A model generated the notes under the pieces. That model saw only the letters and a program-made list of their open reading frames with translations, was not told the origin of the DNA and did no database searches. Below are positions 18,778-28,571 of a stretch of DNA of 64,000 nt, piece by piece. Each line of letters starts with the position of its first letter. Positions within the stretch are counted from its first letter, which is position 1. A program made the position numbers and the translations under genes. The DNA comes from Dehalococcoidia bacterium (lineage in GTDB: Bacteria; Chloroflexota; Dehalococcoidia; Lucifugimonadales; CAJWER01): positions 258,891 through 322,890 of the forward strand of contig CBDBQI010000006.1 of the NCBI GenBank assembly GCA_965209165.1. The letters are read 5' to 3'.

Positions 18778-20571
18778 GTGAGAATACCCGGACTTGAAAG
18801 CGCTAACGCCATTCTTGGGTCTTGCAGAAGATGGCTGCAGGGGGCAGGGACTACCAAGCCGGTTTCCGAGTCCCAGCGTGGATGGAGCACGAAGGTTCGT
18901 ACGGCTGCCTCGGATGCTCGAACGGCCGCGGCGTCCCTTCCCAGCCTCCAGTACAACCTTCAGACTCTACGCGGGGACATCCTCGGCGGCGTCACGGCGG
19001 CCGTAGTCAGTCTGCCGGTCGCATTGGCGTTCGGCCTGGCCGCGGGTCTGAGCCCCGCGGCGGGAATATACGGCGCGATCTCGGTCGGCTTCTTTGCCGC
19101 CGTGTTCGGGGGCACCCGGGCGCTCATATCAGGCCCCACCGGCTCGATGACAGTGGCCATGGCCGTAATCGTCGCCGGCCACTCGGAGAACATCGCCCAG
19201 GCTTTCACGATAGTCATCATGGCGGGCCTGATCCAGATGCTGTTCGGCCTGCTGCGGATCGGACGCTACGTCACTTACACCCCGTACTCAGTCATATCCG
19301 GATTCATGACAGGGGTTGGAGTGATAATCATCCTGGTCCAGACCCCGCCTTTCCTGGGCGCGCCCATCGCGGCGGGCGGGCCAATGGCGACACTCGGCAA
19401 CCTTTCGGGAGTGTTCGATAACTTCGAGCACAACGCACTGGGCATAGCTATCGTCACCCTTGCCGTGGCCGTGCTCTGGCCCAAGAGGTTTGACAGGTAT
19501 CTGCCCTCGACCCTAATCGCGTTGGGAGTTGGGACGGTCATGGGCGTCCTATGGTTCACTGACGCGCCGACCATCGGCGCCGTACCCACCGACCTGCCAT
19601 CGTTCCATCTGCCGGAAACAGACTTTGGTGTACTCATTCGATCCGTCGAGCCGGCGTTGGTCATAGCACTGGTGGGCTCCGTAGATACGCTGCTTACCGC
19701 CCTGGTAGGGGACTCGATGACACGCACACGCAACGATCCGAGCCGGGAGCTGCTGGCGCAGGGCATCGGTAATGTGGTCACCGGGTTTATCAGAGGACTG
19801 CCCGGGTCCGGCGCAACTCCGAGCACGGTGGCGAATATCCAGGCAGGTGGGGCGACCCTGGTCTCCGGGGTCCTTGCCGTGGCTATCCTGGCGGTCATGA
19901 TACTGACGCTGGGAGACTATGTAGGCTCGATACCGAACGCCGTCCTGGCCGGTATCCTGGTCAAGGTCGCGCTGGACACCATCGACTGGCGATTCGTCAC
20001 CAGGATGCACCGCGTGCAACGCGAGCACCTGGCGGTCATGCTGCTCACCTTCGGACTGACGGTGTTCCTGGACCTAGTGGCCGCTGTGGCCGTGGGCATG
20101 ATAGCGGCCGCCGTAACCAGCGCACGGCAGTTCGAGCGCCTGGAGATGGACAGCGTCGTTTCGGTGCCCCTGCTCGACCGGGAGTTCCTCGGAACAGACG
20201 AGGACGACGAGGATATTGACCTCTTTTCGGCCAGGGTAGGGCTGGTGTCGCTCAGGGGCACCTTTACCGTTGCATCCTCCAGCAAGCTCATCGACACCAT
20301 TGGCGGAGACATACGGGACCATGAGGTGGTCATTCTTGACTTCTCCGACACGATATATATGGATGACAGCGCGGCCCTAGTGGTGGAGCAGCTCGTTGAA
20401 ACCGCCCTGGCCCAAGACACTCCCTGCATCGTAATGGGTCTCTCGGGCGCACCGGCGCAGAACCTCCATGCGCTTGACGTTCTAAAGCGTGTGCCCGACG
20501 ACCGGATAGTTGGCACCTGGGATGAGGCGAGAGAAACCGCGTTGGAGCTACTTGGCGACAGGGAGTGTTGA
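18778..20571 (+). CDS. SulP-family anion permease with C-terminal STAS domain
   Basis: LRGDILGGVTAAVVSLPVALAFGLAAG N-terminal SulP motif, multiple TM segments, and a STAS domain at the C-terminus. The true start is uncertain (GTG at 18778 is the longest option). Confidence 0.85.
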   Translation: MRIPGLESANAILGSCRRWLQGAGTTKPVSESQRGWSTKVRTAASDARTAAASLPSLQYNLQTLRGDILGGVTAAVVSLPVALAFGLAAGLSPAAGIYGAISVGFFAAVFGGTRALISGPTGSMTVAMAVIVAGHSENIAQAFTIVIMAGLIQMLFGLLRIGRYVTYTPYSVISGFMTGVGVIIILVQTPPFLGAPIAAGGPMATLGNLSGVFDNFEHNALGIAIVTLAVAVLWPKRFDRYLPSTLIALGVGTVMGVLWFTDAPTIGAVPTDLPSFHLPETDFGVLIRSVEPALVIALVGSVDTLLTALVGDSMTRTRNDPSRELLAQGIGNVVTGFIRGLPGSGATPSTVANIQAGGATLVSGVLAVAILAVMILTLGDYVGSIPNAVLAGILVKVALDTIDWRFVTRMHRVQREHLAVMLLTFGLTVFLDLVAAVAVGMIAAAVTSARQFERLEMDSVVSVPLLDREFLGTDEDDEDIDLFSARVGLVSLRGTFTVASSSKLIDTIGGDIRDHEVVILDFSDTIYMDDSAALVVEQLVETALAQDTPCIVMGLSGAPAQNLHALDVLKRVPDDRIVGTWDEARETALELLGDREC

Positions 20572-20860
20572 GGAGGACGGCAGCCTCTTCAGTGGCCTGG
20601 CGGGGCTGCGCAGGACGACTCTGCACTACGACGAGTCGGGCACGCTGACGGACAGCACCTTCAACCCTCTCCCCCTCCGGCAGGACCTCGAGGCATTACG
20701 CTATCGTCCACCACCGACCTGGCGTGACTGTACCGAATCCGACGGCCCACGAGCAGCGCCGTTTTTTCGTTACCATTGCGTCAGACAATTGAGAATAGCA
20801 TCCTGTGTGTACTCTCTGGCGCCAGCTCGTGGGCTAGAAAGACAGAAAGGAGGAGCACAC

Positions 20861-22333
20861 GTGGAGCGAAGACCTAATCTGCTGTTCCTCCTCACCGACG
20901 AGCAGCGGGCCGACACCCTGGAGTGCTACGGCAACTCCGTCGTCCAGGCGCCTAACCTCAATGGCCTTGCCCGGCGCAGCTTCGTTTTCGAGCGGCCCTA
21001 CGCCACCCAGCCAGTGTGCACTCCCGCCCGCTCCTCCATTATGACCGGGCTCTATCCTCACACGAACGGCTGTACCGAGAACAACATACCCCTCAAGCCT
21101 GAGACGAAGACCATTGCAGAGATGGTGTCGCAAGACTACCGGTGCGGCTACTTCGGCAAGTGGCACCTCGGAGACGAGATGGCGCCCCAACACGGCTTCG
21201 AGCGGTGGGGGAGCATGGAGGATACCTACCGCAAGTGGTCCACTGAAGGGAGGTACCAGGAGCGGTTCAGCGAGTACTATCACTATCTGCGTTCTCACGG
21301 CTACGAGCCTGACGAGGAGATAGGCGGCGCCCCGGTCTTCAGCCGTCCGATGGCGGCCAAGCTGCCGATGCAGCACAGGAAGTCGATCTGGCTGGGTCGA
21401 GAGGCGTCCTGCTTCATCAGTGAGAACGAGGACCGGCCCTTCGTCCTCTACGTCAACTTCCTGGACCCGCACGAGTACGGCGAGACTCCAGACGACCTGT
21501 ATCCGCGAGACGACCTAGCAACCGGGCCCGCGTTCCTGAAGAAGCCGGCGGAGAGCGCGTCCTTCCTACACCGGACAAGGGCCGAGTACTATGCCAGCGC
21601 GGCCGGACACGGCAACGTGAGCGACCCGCTGGACTTCAGCACTGAGGCCGCCTGGCGGGAGGTCCGCGCACGCTACTTCGGAAGCGTCACGCTCGTCGAC
21701 CAGGGTGTAGGGATGATACTGGAGGCGCTGGAGGAGAGCGGCCAGGCGGAGAACACGATCGTGGTCTTCACCAGCGAGCACGGTGACATGTTGGGCGACC
21801 ATTACATGCTGCACAAGACCACGATGTACGAGGAGTCGGCGAAGGTGCCTCTCATCATCCACGTCCCGTGGCTGAGCAAGGACCAGGAGAACCTCAGCGG
21901 TCCGGTGAGCCAGATCGACCTTGTACCTACTTTGCTGGACCTGCTGGGCGAACCGATTCCTCCTGAGCTGGAGGGCGAGAGCCTGATACCGGTGCTCAGA
22001 GGAGACCGGACACTGGAGGGGAACGACGTCGTCATCCAGTGGAACGGGCCCAACAACCGGACGATCGGATGGGACAGCGGACTGCTGGCGCGGGAGCGGC
22101 TTCGGGAGATCTGCCTCGCACCGGGAAGGACCATCGTCTCCGGCGACGGCTGGAAGCTGAACCTGGTGCCCGGCGACCGTGCCGAGCTCTACGACCTGAA
22201 CTCGGACCCGTATGAGATGACCAATCGCTTCGACGACCCGACCCAGCGCGACCGGGTCCGAGACCTCTTCGCACGCCTCCAGGCCTGGCAAGCGCGCACG
22301 GGCGACACCGCCCCCTTACCGGCGCTCAAATGA
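20861..22333 (+). CDS. Cys-type arylsulfatase, no signal peptide
   Basis: Track ORF 20510.. trimmed to the in-frame GTG at 20861, which has an AAAGGAGGA RBS. Motifs: LLFLLTDEQRAD, CTPARSSIMTG (C-x-P-x-R formylglycine motif), GKWHLG. Confidence 0.85.
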   Translation: MERRPNLLFLLTDEQRADTLECYGNSVVQAPNLNGLARRSFVFERPYATQPVCTPARSSIMTGLYPHTNGCTENNIPLKPETKTIAEMVSQDYRCGYFGKWHLGDEMAPQHGFERWGSMEDTYRKWSTEGRYQERFSEYYHYLRSHGYEPDEEIGGAPVFSRPMAAKLPMQHRKSIWLGREASCFISENEDRPFVLYVNFLDPHEYGETPDDLYPRDDLATGPAFLKKPAESASFLHRTRAEYYASAAGHGNVSDPLDFSTEAAWREVRARYFGSVTLVDQGVGMILEALEESGQAENTIVVFTSEHGDMLGDHYMLHKTTMYEESAKVPLIIHVPWLSKDQENLSGPVSQIDLVPTLLDLLGEPIPPELEGESLIPVLRGDRTLEGNDVVIQWNGPNNRTIGWDSGLLARERLREICLAPGRTIVSGDGWKLNLVPGDRAELYDLNSDPYEMTNRFDDPTQRDRVRDLFARLQAWQARTGDTAPLPALK

Positions 22334-22525
22334 ACTGCCGCGCAGTGCTGAGCGTTTAGGATTGGCGGAGGCCGGGCGTTGCCCTTTCATCGAGCGGAGG
22401 TTTACCCTTCACCCTGCCGTATGGCTAAGTTGCAAACTGCCGACACCTAGATTTGCAATCAGCCGATGACCGGGAACACGCTCCTCCTGTCAGCGATGGG
22501 TCGACCAAGACAAGCGAAGTACTGT

Positions 22526-22762
22526 CTTGACTTCTCGGACACGGTCTACATGGACGACAGCGCGGCCCTCGTGGTGGAGCAGCTAGTCGAGACCGCCCTG
22601 ACCCACGACACTCCCTGCATCGTAATGGGGCTGTCCGGCGCACCGGCGCAGAACCTCCACGCGCTCGACGTTCTCAGGCGTGTTCCCGACGACAGGATAG
22701 TTGGCACTTGGGATGAGGCTAGGGAAACCGCGTTGGGGCCACTTGGGCATCGGGAAGCTTAG
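22526..22762 (+). pseudogene. 3' stump of a second sulP gene (partial STAS domain)
   Basis: 237 nt colinear with 20335..20571. About 34 mismatches by hand alignment, roughly two thirds at third codon positions. The region encodes only the last about 78 aa of a SulP protein. Confidence 0.6.
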
Positions 22763-22878
22763 GCACGTAAGGAGTCAGGTTGACGGTGCCAGGAAGGCAC
22801 TTGACCGCTAGTCCAGCCGGCGTCGTGCGTGCTCACACGTCGTGCTCCGGAGATGGTGAAGTATCGAGACCGGAGGGT

Positions 22879-23223
22879 CTACCACTCGTCGGGTGGGCCG
22901 GCGGCTACGTAGGCCTCGGTCCTTGTGTCCAGCTCCATGGGCGTAACGAGCCCGCGGTCCAGCGCCAGGCTTTCGAGGGCCCTGAGCCAGCGCTCGTAGT
23001 AGCCGGTGTGCCCTCCGTGCCCGTGCCCCTCGTCGTGGGCCGTCTCCTCCACGAGCCTTTCGCGGAAGTCTGTCCAGTCGTAGACGCCGCTCTCGTTCAT
23101 GGCGACGGCCAGGCCGAAGGCCCGGCCCTCCCAGGGCGCCTCGAATACCAGCTCTCCGTTCCTCCGGGGCAGCGCCGCCTCGCCCGTCATGCTTGAAATC
23201 CCACGGTCTGGCTGTGTGCTCAT
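22879..23223 (-). CDS. Nitrile hydratase accessory (activator) protein
   Basis: ALPRRNGELVFEAPWEGRAFGLAVAM...WTDFRERLVEE resembles NHase accessory proteins related to the beta N-terminus. It lies 14 nt downstream of the alpha subunit with a GGAGAG RBS. ATG 23223 is chosen; 23190 is an alternative. Confidence 0.7.
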   Translation of the reverse strand: MSTQPDRGISSMTGEAALPRRNGELVFEAPWEGRAFGLAVAMNESGVYDWTDFRERLVEETAHDEGHGHGGHTGYYERWLRALESLALDRGLVTPMELDTRTEAYVAAGPPDEW

Positions 23224-23237
23224 TGCCTCTCTCCGTG

Positions 23238-23870
23238 CTAGTCCGCCTGTCCTGCGACGGCCGGCGACTTCGCCACCGCCACACCGATCATCGAGTCCCG
23301 TGTGACCAGGTCGGCCAGCTCGTCCTCCGTGAGGTCGTCCGTGCCGTCGGGGCGCTCCGGCAGCACCATGTACCGCAGAGTCGCGGTGCTGTCCCACACG
23401 CGGACCTCCTTGGACTCGGCGACGTCCACGCCGAACTCCCTCAGCACCACGCGGGGCTCCAGTACGACGCGGGACCGGTATGCGGGGTCCTTGTACCAGC
23501 TGGGAGCCAGGCCAAGTACCGGCCACGGGTAGCAGGAGCACAGCGTGCACACGACGACGTTGTGCACTTCGGGCGTGCTCTCCAGCACGACGATCTCCGC
23601 CCCCTCCGCGCCGCCGAAGCCAAGCTCGGCGATCGCGTCCGTGCCGTTCTCCAGGAGACGCTGCTTGTACTCAGGATCGACCCACGCCCTGGCTATAACC
23701 CTGGCGCCGTTCAGGGGGCCGATGTCCTGCTCGTATGTGCGTACCACCTCGTCGATTGCGTCGGTGGTGACGATGCCCTTCTCTACGAGAAGCGACTCGA
23801 GCGCCCGCGCGCGCACCGAGGCGTATGGCTCCGGATGTGGATGGTGATCGCCGTCGTGGTCTCCGCTCAT
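23238..23870 (-). CDS. nthA: Nitrile hydratase alpha subunit, cobalt type
   Basis: Metal-binding motif [11 protein letters not shown]. Thr in C-T-L-C-S-C indicates Co-type, whereas Fe-type has Ser. The ATG overlaps the beta-subunit stop (ATGA). Confidence 0.9.
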   Translation of the reverse strand: MSGDHDGDHHPHPEPYASVRARALESLLVEKGIVTTDAIDEVVRTYEQDIGPLNGARVIARAWVDPEYKQRLLENGTDAIAELGFGGAEGAEIVVLESTPEVHNVVVCTLCSCYPWPVLGLAPSWYKDPAYRSRVVLEPRVVLREFGVDVAESKEVRVWDSTATLRYMVLPERPDGTDDLTEDELADLVTRDSMIGVAVAKSPAVAGQAD

Positions 23871-24550
23871 GTGTCGCTCCTTTCCGTTCCAGCAGGCTCG
23901 AGGTAGCCTTCCCACATGTCGATGTGCAGGGCCGTGCCCGGCTCGGCGGCGTCTCCCCAGAGCTCGGCGGCCTCGAACCTGACGCTGTAGAGCTGCTGCG
24001 CGGGCGCGTCCTCATGCTCGCGGCCCGGCTCCTCGTCCGGCAGGTCGTAGGCCGCGTAGACCGCCGCCACTGTCCCACGCCTGCCCTGGGCGTATCCGGG
24101 CAGCCTCGTATGCCCGCCGTGCTGGATCCGGCGAGTCCTCACGGGGTCTCCCACCGCAAACGCCGGAGGACGGCCAATCTGCCTGCGCACCTGGCGCTGC
24201 CGGTACATGTCCGCACGCACGCGCTCGGTCAGCTCAGGGTCGACGACGCGCGGGGGACGGGCTTCCGGGTTGTCGAGAAAGTGCTCGGCTTTCGCCTCCA
24301 GCTCCTCCGGGCTCAGCACGCCTCGCTCGACCAGCCCGCGCTCCAGGGCCGCCATCAACCGGTGGTAGTAGCCGGCCAGGTACACGTCCGGGTCGAGGCT
24401 CTCGATGGTGCTGCGCGAGAAGCCGCCCTTGACCGAGACCACGAGCCCGAACACCCTGCCCTCCCACTCGTCGTGGAAGACCGGCTCGTTCTCCTCGGGC
24501 TCCACGGGCCCGTAGCCCCGCACGCCGCCCATGTCGTGTATGCCTGCCAT
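23867..24550 (-). CDS. nthB: Nitrile hydratase beta subunit
   Basis: Trimmed to [16 protein letters not shown], the canonical NHase-beta N-terminus, followed by [11 protein letters not shown]. Confidence 0.85.
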   Translation of the reverse strand: MAGIHDMGGVRGYGPVEPEENEPVFHDEWEGRVFGLVVSVKGGFSRSTIESLDPDVYLAGYYHRLMAALERGLVERGVLSPEELEAKAEHFLDNPEARPPRVVDPELTERVRADMYRQRQVRRQIGRPPAFAVGDPVRTRRIQHGGHTRLPGYAQGRRGTVAAVYAAYDLPDEEPGREHEDAPAQQLYSVRFEAAELWGDAAEPGTALHIDMWEGYLEPAGTERSDT

Positions 24551-24895
24551 AGTGATATGTTCGCCGCTAGTGATGGTGGTCCTTATGATCGTGGTCTCGA
24601 TGGCTCCCGCCGGGAGCCTCAGGGGCGTCCCTTCAACATCCGGGCTGCCCGGGGTTCCCACAGCAGACGCTTCGACGCTGGACCCTGACCTTCACGCTGC
24701 CGAGAAACATCAATATGCGGGCATGCCATGGATCGGACGCTGACAGGAGAATCCTGAATGACCGCCGCATATTGGCGATTAGGGGGAGCATGGCCGGCCC
24801 AGTTTACTGTCGAGAGCGCTGGTGGGCAAATCGCACCAGTCAGGGAGCGTCGAAGAAGCTGAACGAGTAGACCTCCGCGTCCCGCGCTGGAGCAT

Positions 24896-24924
24896 TTGCA
24901 GTGGTATGAGGTCGGTTGTAGGAT
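24896..24924 (+). promoter_or_regulatory. Candidate promoter TTGCAG-N17-TAGGAT upstream of MMPL exporter 1
   Basis: Hexamers and spacing read directly, about 75 nt upstream of ATG 25001. Unverified. Confidence 0.3.
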
Positions 24925-25000
24925 TAGGCGACCATGAAGGCACGTGGCTCAGCGCGATCCGCTGAGTCGCGGGCAGCCGTGCCCTGGGAGATCTATCCCC

Positions 25001-27487
25001 ATGATGAACCAGGTACTTGACAGGCTAAGCTGGCTGGTAACGGTTCGCCCGTACCTCACTATAGTCGTCCTCGTCGTCGTCGCCATAGCCCTGGCCGCGG
25101 GGGCTTCGCTGCGGCTCCCGCCGACCGAGGGGGCCGATGTCGCATTCCTGCCGCCCGGGCACCCCGTCGCCGATGCGACTCGCCAGGTCAGCGAGCTCTT
25201 CAGCGATTCGGGCGACATCCGCGTCGCAACCCTCATCTTCCGGGGCGAGGCGCTTACACCAGGCGGCCTTTCCCAGATGTCCTCGCTGATCGGCGACATC
25301 GCCGGCGACCCGGGCGTCGGCGGGCTCCTGGCTCCCGCCAACCCCATCGTCGCGCCGGCTCCCATCATCGGCGCCGCGTTGCAGGTGGACGACTTCGAGT
25401 CCGTCACCCAGGAGCAGATCGACTCCCTACGCAGCGTGCCGGAGGTCCAGGGAGCCCTCTCGGCCATGACGGGGACCGACAAGGACGGCTCGCCGGTCGC
25501 AATAGCCAACATCCGGCTGACCGATACGGGCGACGAGAGGACCGAGAACGCCGAACGGAGGGTCAGCGAGCTCGCCGCCGCGAGTGACGGTCCGCTGCAC
25601 GTGAGCAGCCTGTCCCCGGTGATCGTCGAGGACGAATACAAGCAGGCCACGGAGCAGGGAATGGCGCCGCTGATAGGGCTGGCCCTGCTGCTGATCGTGG
25701 TGCTGCTCCTGCTCTTCACCCGCGCCATCTCCGACATGCTGCTCACCCTGACGGGCCTGATCCTGTCTATCGCCGGCGTTGTCGGGGCGGAGGGCTGGCT
25801 CGGGCCGAACGGGCTGGGCCTGATAGGCCCTCCAAGCTCGCTCACAGCAATGGTGCCCGTCATCCTGATCAGCCTCACGGTGGACTACGCAATCCAGACC
25901 GTCTCCCACTACCGCGAGCAGCGTGTCGAGGGCCTGGCGGTTGCGGCTGCGGTGCGGACAGGGTTGAGACACGTCACCATTCCCTTGACGCTGGCCGCCG
26001 TCACGACGATCGTCAGCCTGCTGGCGACCCTGTTCTCGCCAATCGGGGTGATTGGCGACTTCGGCATCGTCGCGGGGTTGGGGGTGGGCATCAGCCTGCT
26101 GGTGATGCTGACGCTGATACCGGCCGGCAGGATACTCATCGACCGGCGGCGCGAGGCGAGAGGCACCCTCAAGCCCGCCCGCCCCATCTCGAACGCACTC
26201 CCCGGCATTCCGAAGGCGGCGGAGCTGCTTGGGAGGTGGGTGACGCATAGACCTGCGCCCTACCTCGTCGCCGTGCTCCTGGTGACGGCCGGCCTCGGAT
26301 ATGCGGCCACGGGCCTGGAGTCGGAATTCAGCATCAAGGACATCCTGCCCCGGGGCGGGGGAGTGCTGGAGGACATGAACACCCTGGAAGCTGCCGTCGG
26401 CGGCTCCACGGAGATCGCCAGCCTGCTCATCGAGGCCGAAGTAACTGAGTCCAGGACTCTCCTGAACCTCCACGACCTCACTTCCGCCTTCGAGGACGAG
26501 CAGCGCCGCCCGCGCGGCGCAGCAGGACCAATGCAGGGGTCTTACGAGAGGCTCGTGTACGACTGGACCAACGACTCCGGAGAGCCCGGCGACAAGTATG
26601 ATCCTGAGCTGGAAGCGCTCTTCCGCGAAGCCTCGCCCGGGGTGGAGCTCGATCCGGCGCTGATGCAGCAGGTCGTCGACGAGCTCGTCGCAAGAGAGCC
26701 CGACCTGGCGCACTTCCTGGTCAACAATCCGGATGGCCTCGACACGATGCTTCTCCAGTTCCCGATCTTCCCGAACGATCCCGTTGGGACCAGGATGCTT
26801 CACGAGGACATCGAAGAGCTCTGGCTCGGAGACGATAGCGCCGTCACGGCGACTTCGGCCAGCATCGTCGCGGTCGCCGTCACCGATCAGATCACCGACG
26901 GGCAGACGGAGTCGATCAGCACCACCATCGCCATCGCCCTGGGAATCCTCGCCATCTTCTTCTGGGTGACGCTGCGCCAGCCCGCGCTGGGGATAGTCGC
27001 CGTCGGCCCAATCGTGCTGGTCCTCATATCCGTGCTGGGCACCATGGCGCTGCTGGGCATTCCCTACACGCTCGTCACCTCGATCATCACGGCCCTGTCG
27101 ATAGGCATCGGGGTGGACTACACCATCCACGTCATCCATCGCTACCGGGAAGAGTTCACCCGGCTTCGCAACCCGGAGAGGGCGGCGATCCAGACCCTCG
27201 CGACCACCGGCTCTGCGCTGCTCGGCTCGGCACTGACGACGGCGTTCGGGTTCGGAGTGCTGATAGCGTCGCCGCTGCTGGCGTCGGCCCAGTTCGGCAT
27301 CACGGCCACCATCACCATCGTCTACTCCCTGGCAGTCTCGATCCTGGTGGTGCTGCCCGCCATGGTCGTTTGGGGCGCGTACCAGAACATGCGGATGCGC
27401 TCGATGGTCACGCGTATGTGGGACGACCTGGACGTGGCCATCGAGGACATCAGCAAACGCCACCACGGGGACGCCGCGCCGTCGTAG
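25001..27487 (+). CDS. MMPL/RND-superfamily (HAE3-like) lipid exporter, paralog 1
   Basis: Two repeats of a large extracytoplasmic loop followed by a TM bundle (LTVDYAIQTVSHYRE and IGVDYTIHVIHRYREE). Alignable end to end with 41583..44048. Start trimmed to ATG 25001. Confidence 0.85.
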   Translation: MMNQVLDRLSWLVTVRPYLTIVVLVVVAIALAAGASLRLPPTEGADVAFLPPGHPVADATRQVSELFSDSGDIRVATLIFRGEALTPGGLSQMSSLIGDIAGDPGVGGLLAPANPIVAPAPIIGAALQVDDFESVTQEQIDSLRSVPEVQGALSAMTGTDKDGSPVAIANIRLTDTGDERTENAERRVSELAAASDGPLHVSSLSPVIVEDEYKQATEQGMAPLIGLALLLIVVLLLLFTRAISDMLLTLTGLILSIAGVVGAEGWLGPNGLGLIGPPSSLTAMVPVILISLTVDYAIQTVSHYREQRVEGLAVAAAVRTGLRHVTIPLTLAAVTTIVSLLATLFSPIGVIGDFGIVAGLGVGISLLVMLTLIPAGRILIDRRREARGTLKPARPISNALPGIPKAAELLGRWVTHRPAPYLVAVLLVTAGLGYAATGLESEFSIKDILPRGGGVLEDMNTLEAAVGGSTEIASLLIEAEVTESRTLLNLHDLTSAFEDEQRRPRGAAGPMQGSYERLVYDWTNDSGEPGDKYDPELEALFREASPGVELDPALMQQVVDELVAREPDLAHFLVNNPDGLDTMLLQFPIFPNDPVGTRMLHEDIEELWLGDDSAVTATSASIVAVAVTDQITDGQTESISTTIAIALGILAIFFWVTLRQPALGIVAVGPIVLVLISVLGTMALLGIPYTLVTSIITALSIGIGVDYTIHVIHRYREEFTRLRNPERAAIQTLATTGSALLGSALTTAFGFGVLIASPLLASAQFGITATITIVYSLAVSILVVLPAMVVWGAYQNMRMRSMVTRMWDDLDVAIEDISKRHHGDAAPS

Positions 27488-27497
27488 GGAGGGGTGA

Positions 27498-28535
27498 ATG
27501 CAGCTTCACAGGCTAGCCAAGGGGCTCAGGGCCGCGTACCGTGACTCGGACGCCCGCAGCCGCGTGAGAGACCTCGACGGGTGGACGGACAGGGCGCAAG
27601 TGGACGGCGCCGGCCCGGGGAGCTACGACCACACCGAGACCGTCAGGGAATACTACGATCTCTGCAGCGAGTTCATGGTGTTCGGTTGGGGCGAGTCCCT
27701 CCACTTTGCGCCCCTGTCGCCCCGGGAGAGCCTGGAGGAATCCAAGGTCCGGCACCAGCGGCTGATGATTGACAAGCTGGAGCTGCGCGAGGGCATGACA
27801 GTGATCGACGTCGGTTGCGGGATCGGCGGCCCGATGCGCCGCGTTGCCCGGGAGGCTGGTGTCAGGGTGGTAGGGGTCAATAGCAGTGAAGTCCAGCTGG
27901 CGAAGGCGAAGGCGTTGAACGCCGAGGCGGGGCTCGACCACATGATCGACTACCTCGCGTGCAGCTTCATGGACATGGGCGCCGTCGCGGACGGCACATT
28001 CGACCGGGGATACGCGATCGAATCGACGTGCCACGCGCCGGACAAGGCGGGAGCGTTCGCCGAGATCTACCGCGTGCTGAAACCCGGAGCCCTCTTCTGG
28101 GGCCAAGAAATGTGCATGACGGACAAGTTCGATCCCGGCGACGACCGCCACCAGGCGACGAAAGAGGACCTGATGCACGGCATCGCCCTCAAGGATATCG
28201 CGACTATGGGCGAGGTGGACCGGGCGCTCGAAGCGGCGGGATTCCAGGTCATCGAGGTGAAGGACCGGGCCGTCGACGAGAACAGTCCGGTCACGCCGTG
28301 GTATCAGCCCATGGAGGCCCGGGGCAACACTCTGGGCAACGCCCTGCGCAGGACGCCGCTGGGCCGCAGGGCGCTCAAGGGGACATCAGGGCTGGCCGAA
28401 GCTCTGGGGATACTCCCGAAGGGGTCCGCGGATGTAATCGGGCTGATGGACCGTACCGCCAGGGCCTATGTCGCAGGCGGCAGGGCCGGAATCTTCACCC
28501 CGCTGTACTGTTTCTTGGCCCTCAAGCCCCGCTAG
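27498..28535 (+). CDS. ERG6/SMT-like sterol C-methyltransferase homologue 1
   Basis: YYDLCSEFMVFGWGESLHFAP, VIDVGCGIGGP (SAM motif I), YAIESTCHAPD, EIYRVLKPG and the C-terminal GIFTPLYCFLALKP tail are colinear with the yeast ERG6 motifs YYNLVTDFYEYGWGSSFHF / LDVGCGVGGP / YAIEATCHAP / LFTPMMLFVARKP. The start lies 10 nt after the exporter stop, with a GGGAGGGG RBS. Confidence 0.8.
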   Translation: MQLHRLAKGLRAAYRDSDARSRVRDLDGWTDRAQVDGAGPGSYDHTETVREYYDLCSEFMVFGWGESLHFAPLSPRESLEESKVRHQRLMIDKLELREGMTVIDVGCGIGGPMRRVAREAGVRVVGVNSSEVQLAKAKALNAEAGLDHMIDYLACSFMDMGAVADGTFDRGYAIESTCHAPDKAGAFAEIYRVLKPGALFWGQEMCMTDKFDPGDDRHQATKEDLMHGIALKDIATMGEVDRALEAAGFQVIEVKDRAVDENSPVTPWYQPMEARGNTLGNALRRTPLGRRALKGTSGLAEALGILPKGSADVIGLMDRTARAYVAGGRAGIFTPLYCFLALKPR

Positions 28536-28571
28536 ACGCTGCCCAGTCTCTCGGGGATTCCTGGGTGTGCC

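Noticed and set aside
18740-18778. Extended -10-like TGTAGAAT just upstream of the sulP GTG, suggesting a leaderless or later start.
   Set aside because: There is a single hexamer match without a convincing -35. No in-frame ATG or GTG with an RBS lies between 18778 and the first TM segment, so the start cannot be decided from sequence.
20510-20860. 117-codon N-terminal extension of the sulfatase ORF overlapping the end of sulP.
   Set aside because: The extension has no sulfatase similarity and overlaps sulP. A GTG with a strong AAAGGAGGA RBS sits exactly where sulfatase homology (RPNLLFLLTDEQRAD) begins.
22466-22762. Stand-alone 98-aa STAS / anti-sigma-antagonist-like protein.
   Set aside because: Homology to the SulP STAS domain starts only at residue about 21 and covers just the C-terminal part of the domain. 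The first 20 codons have no match, and the segment is colinear at the nucleotide level with the 3' end of sulP. It is treated as a gene stump.
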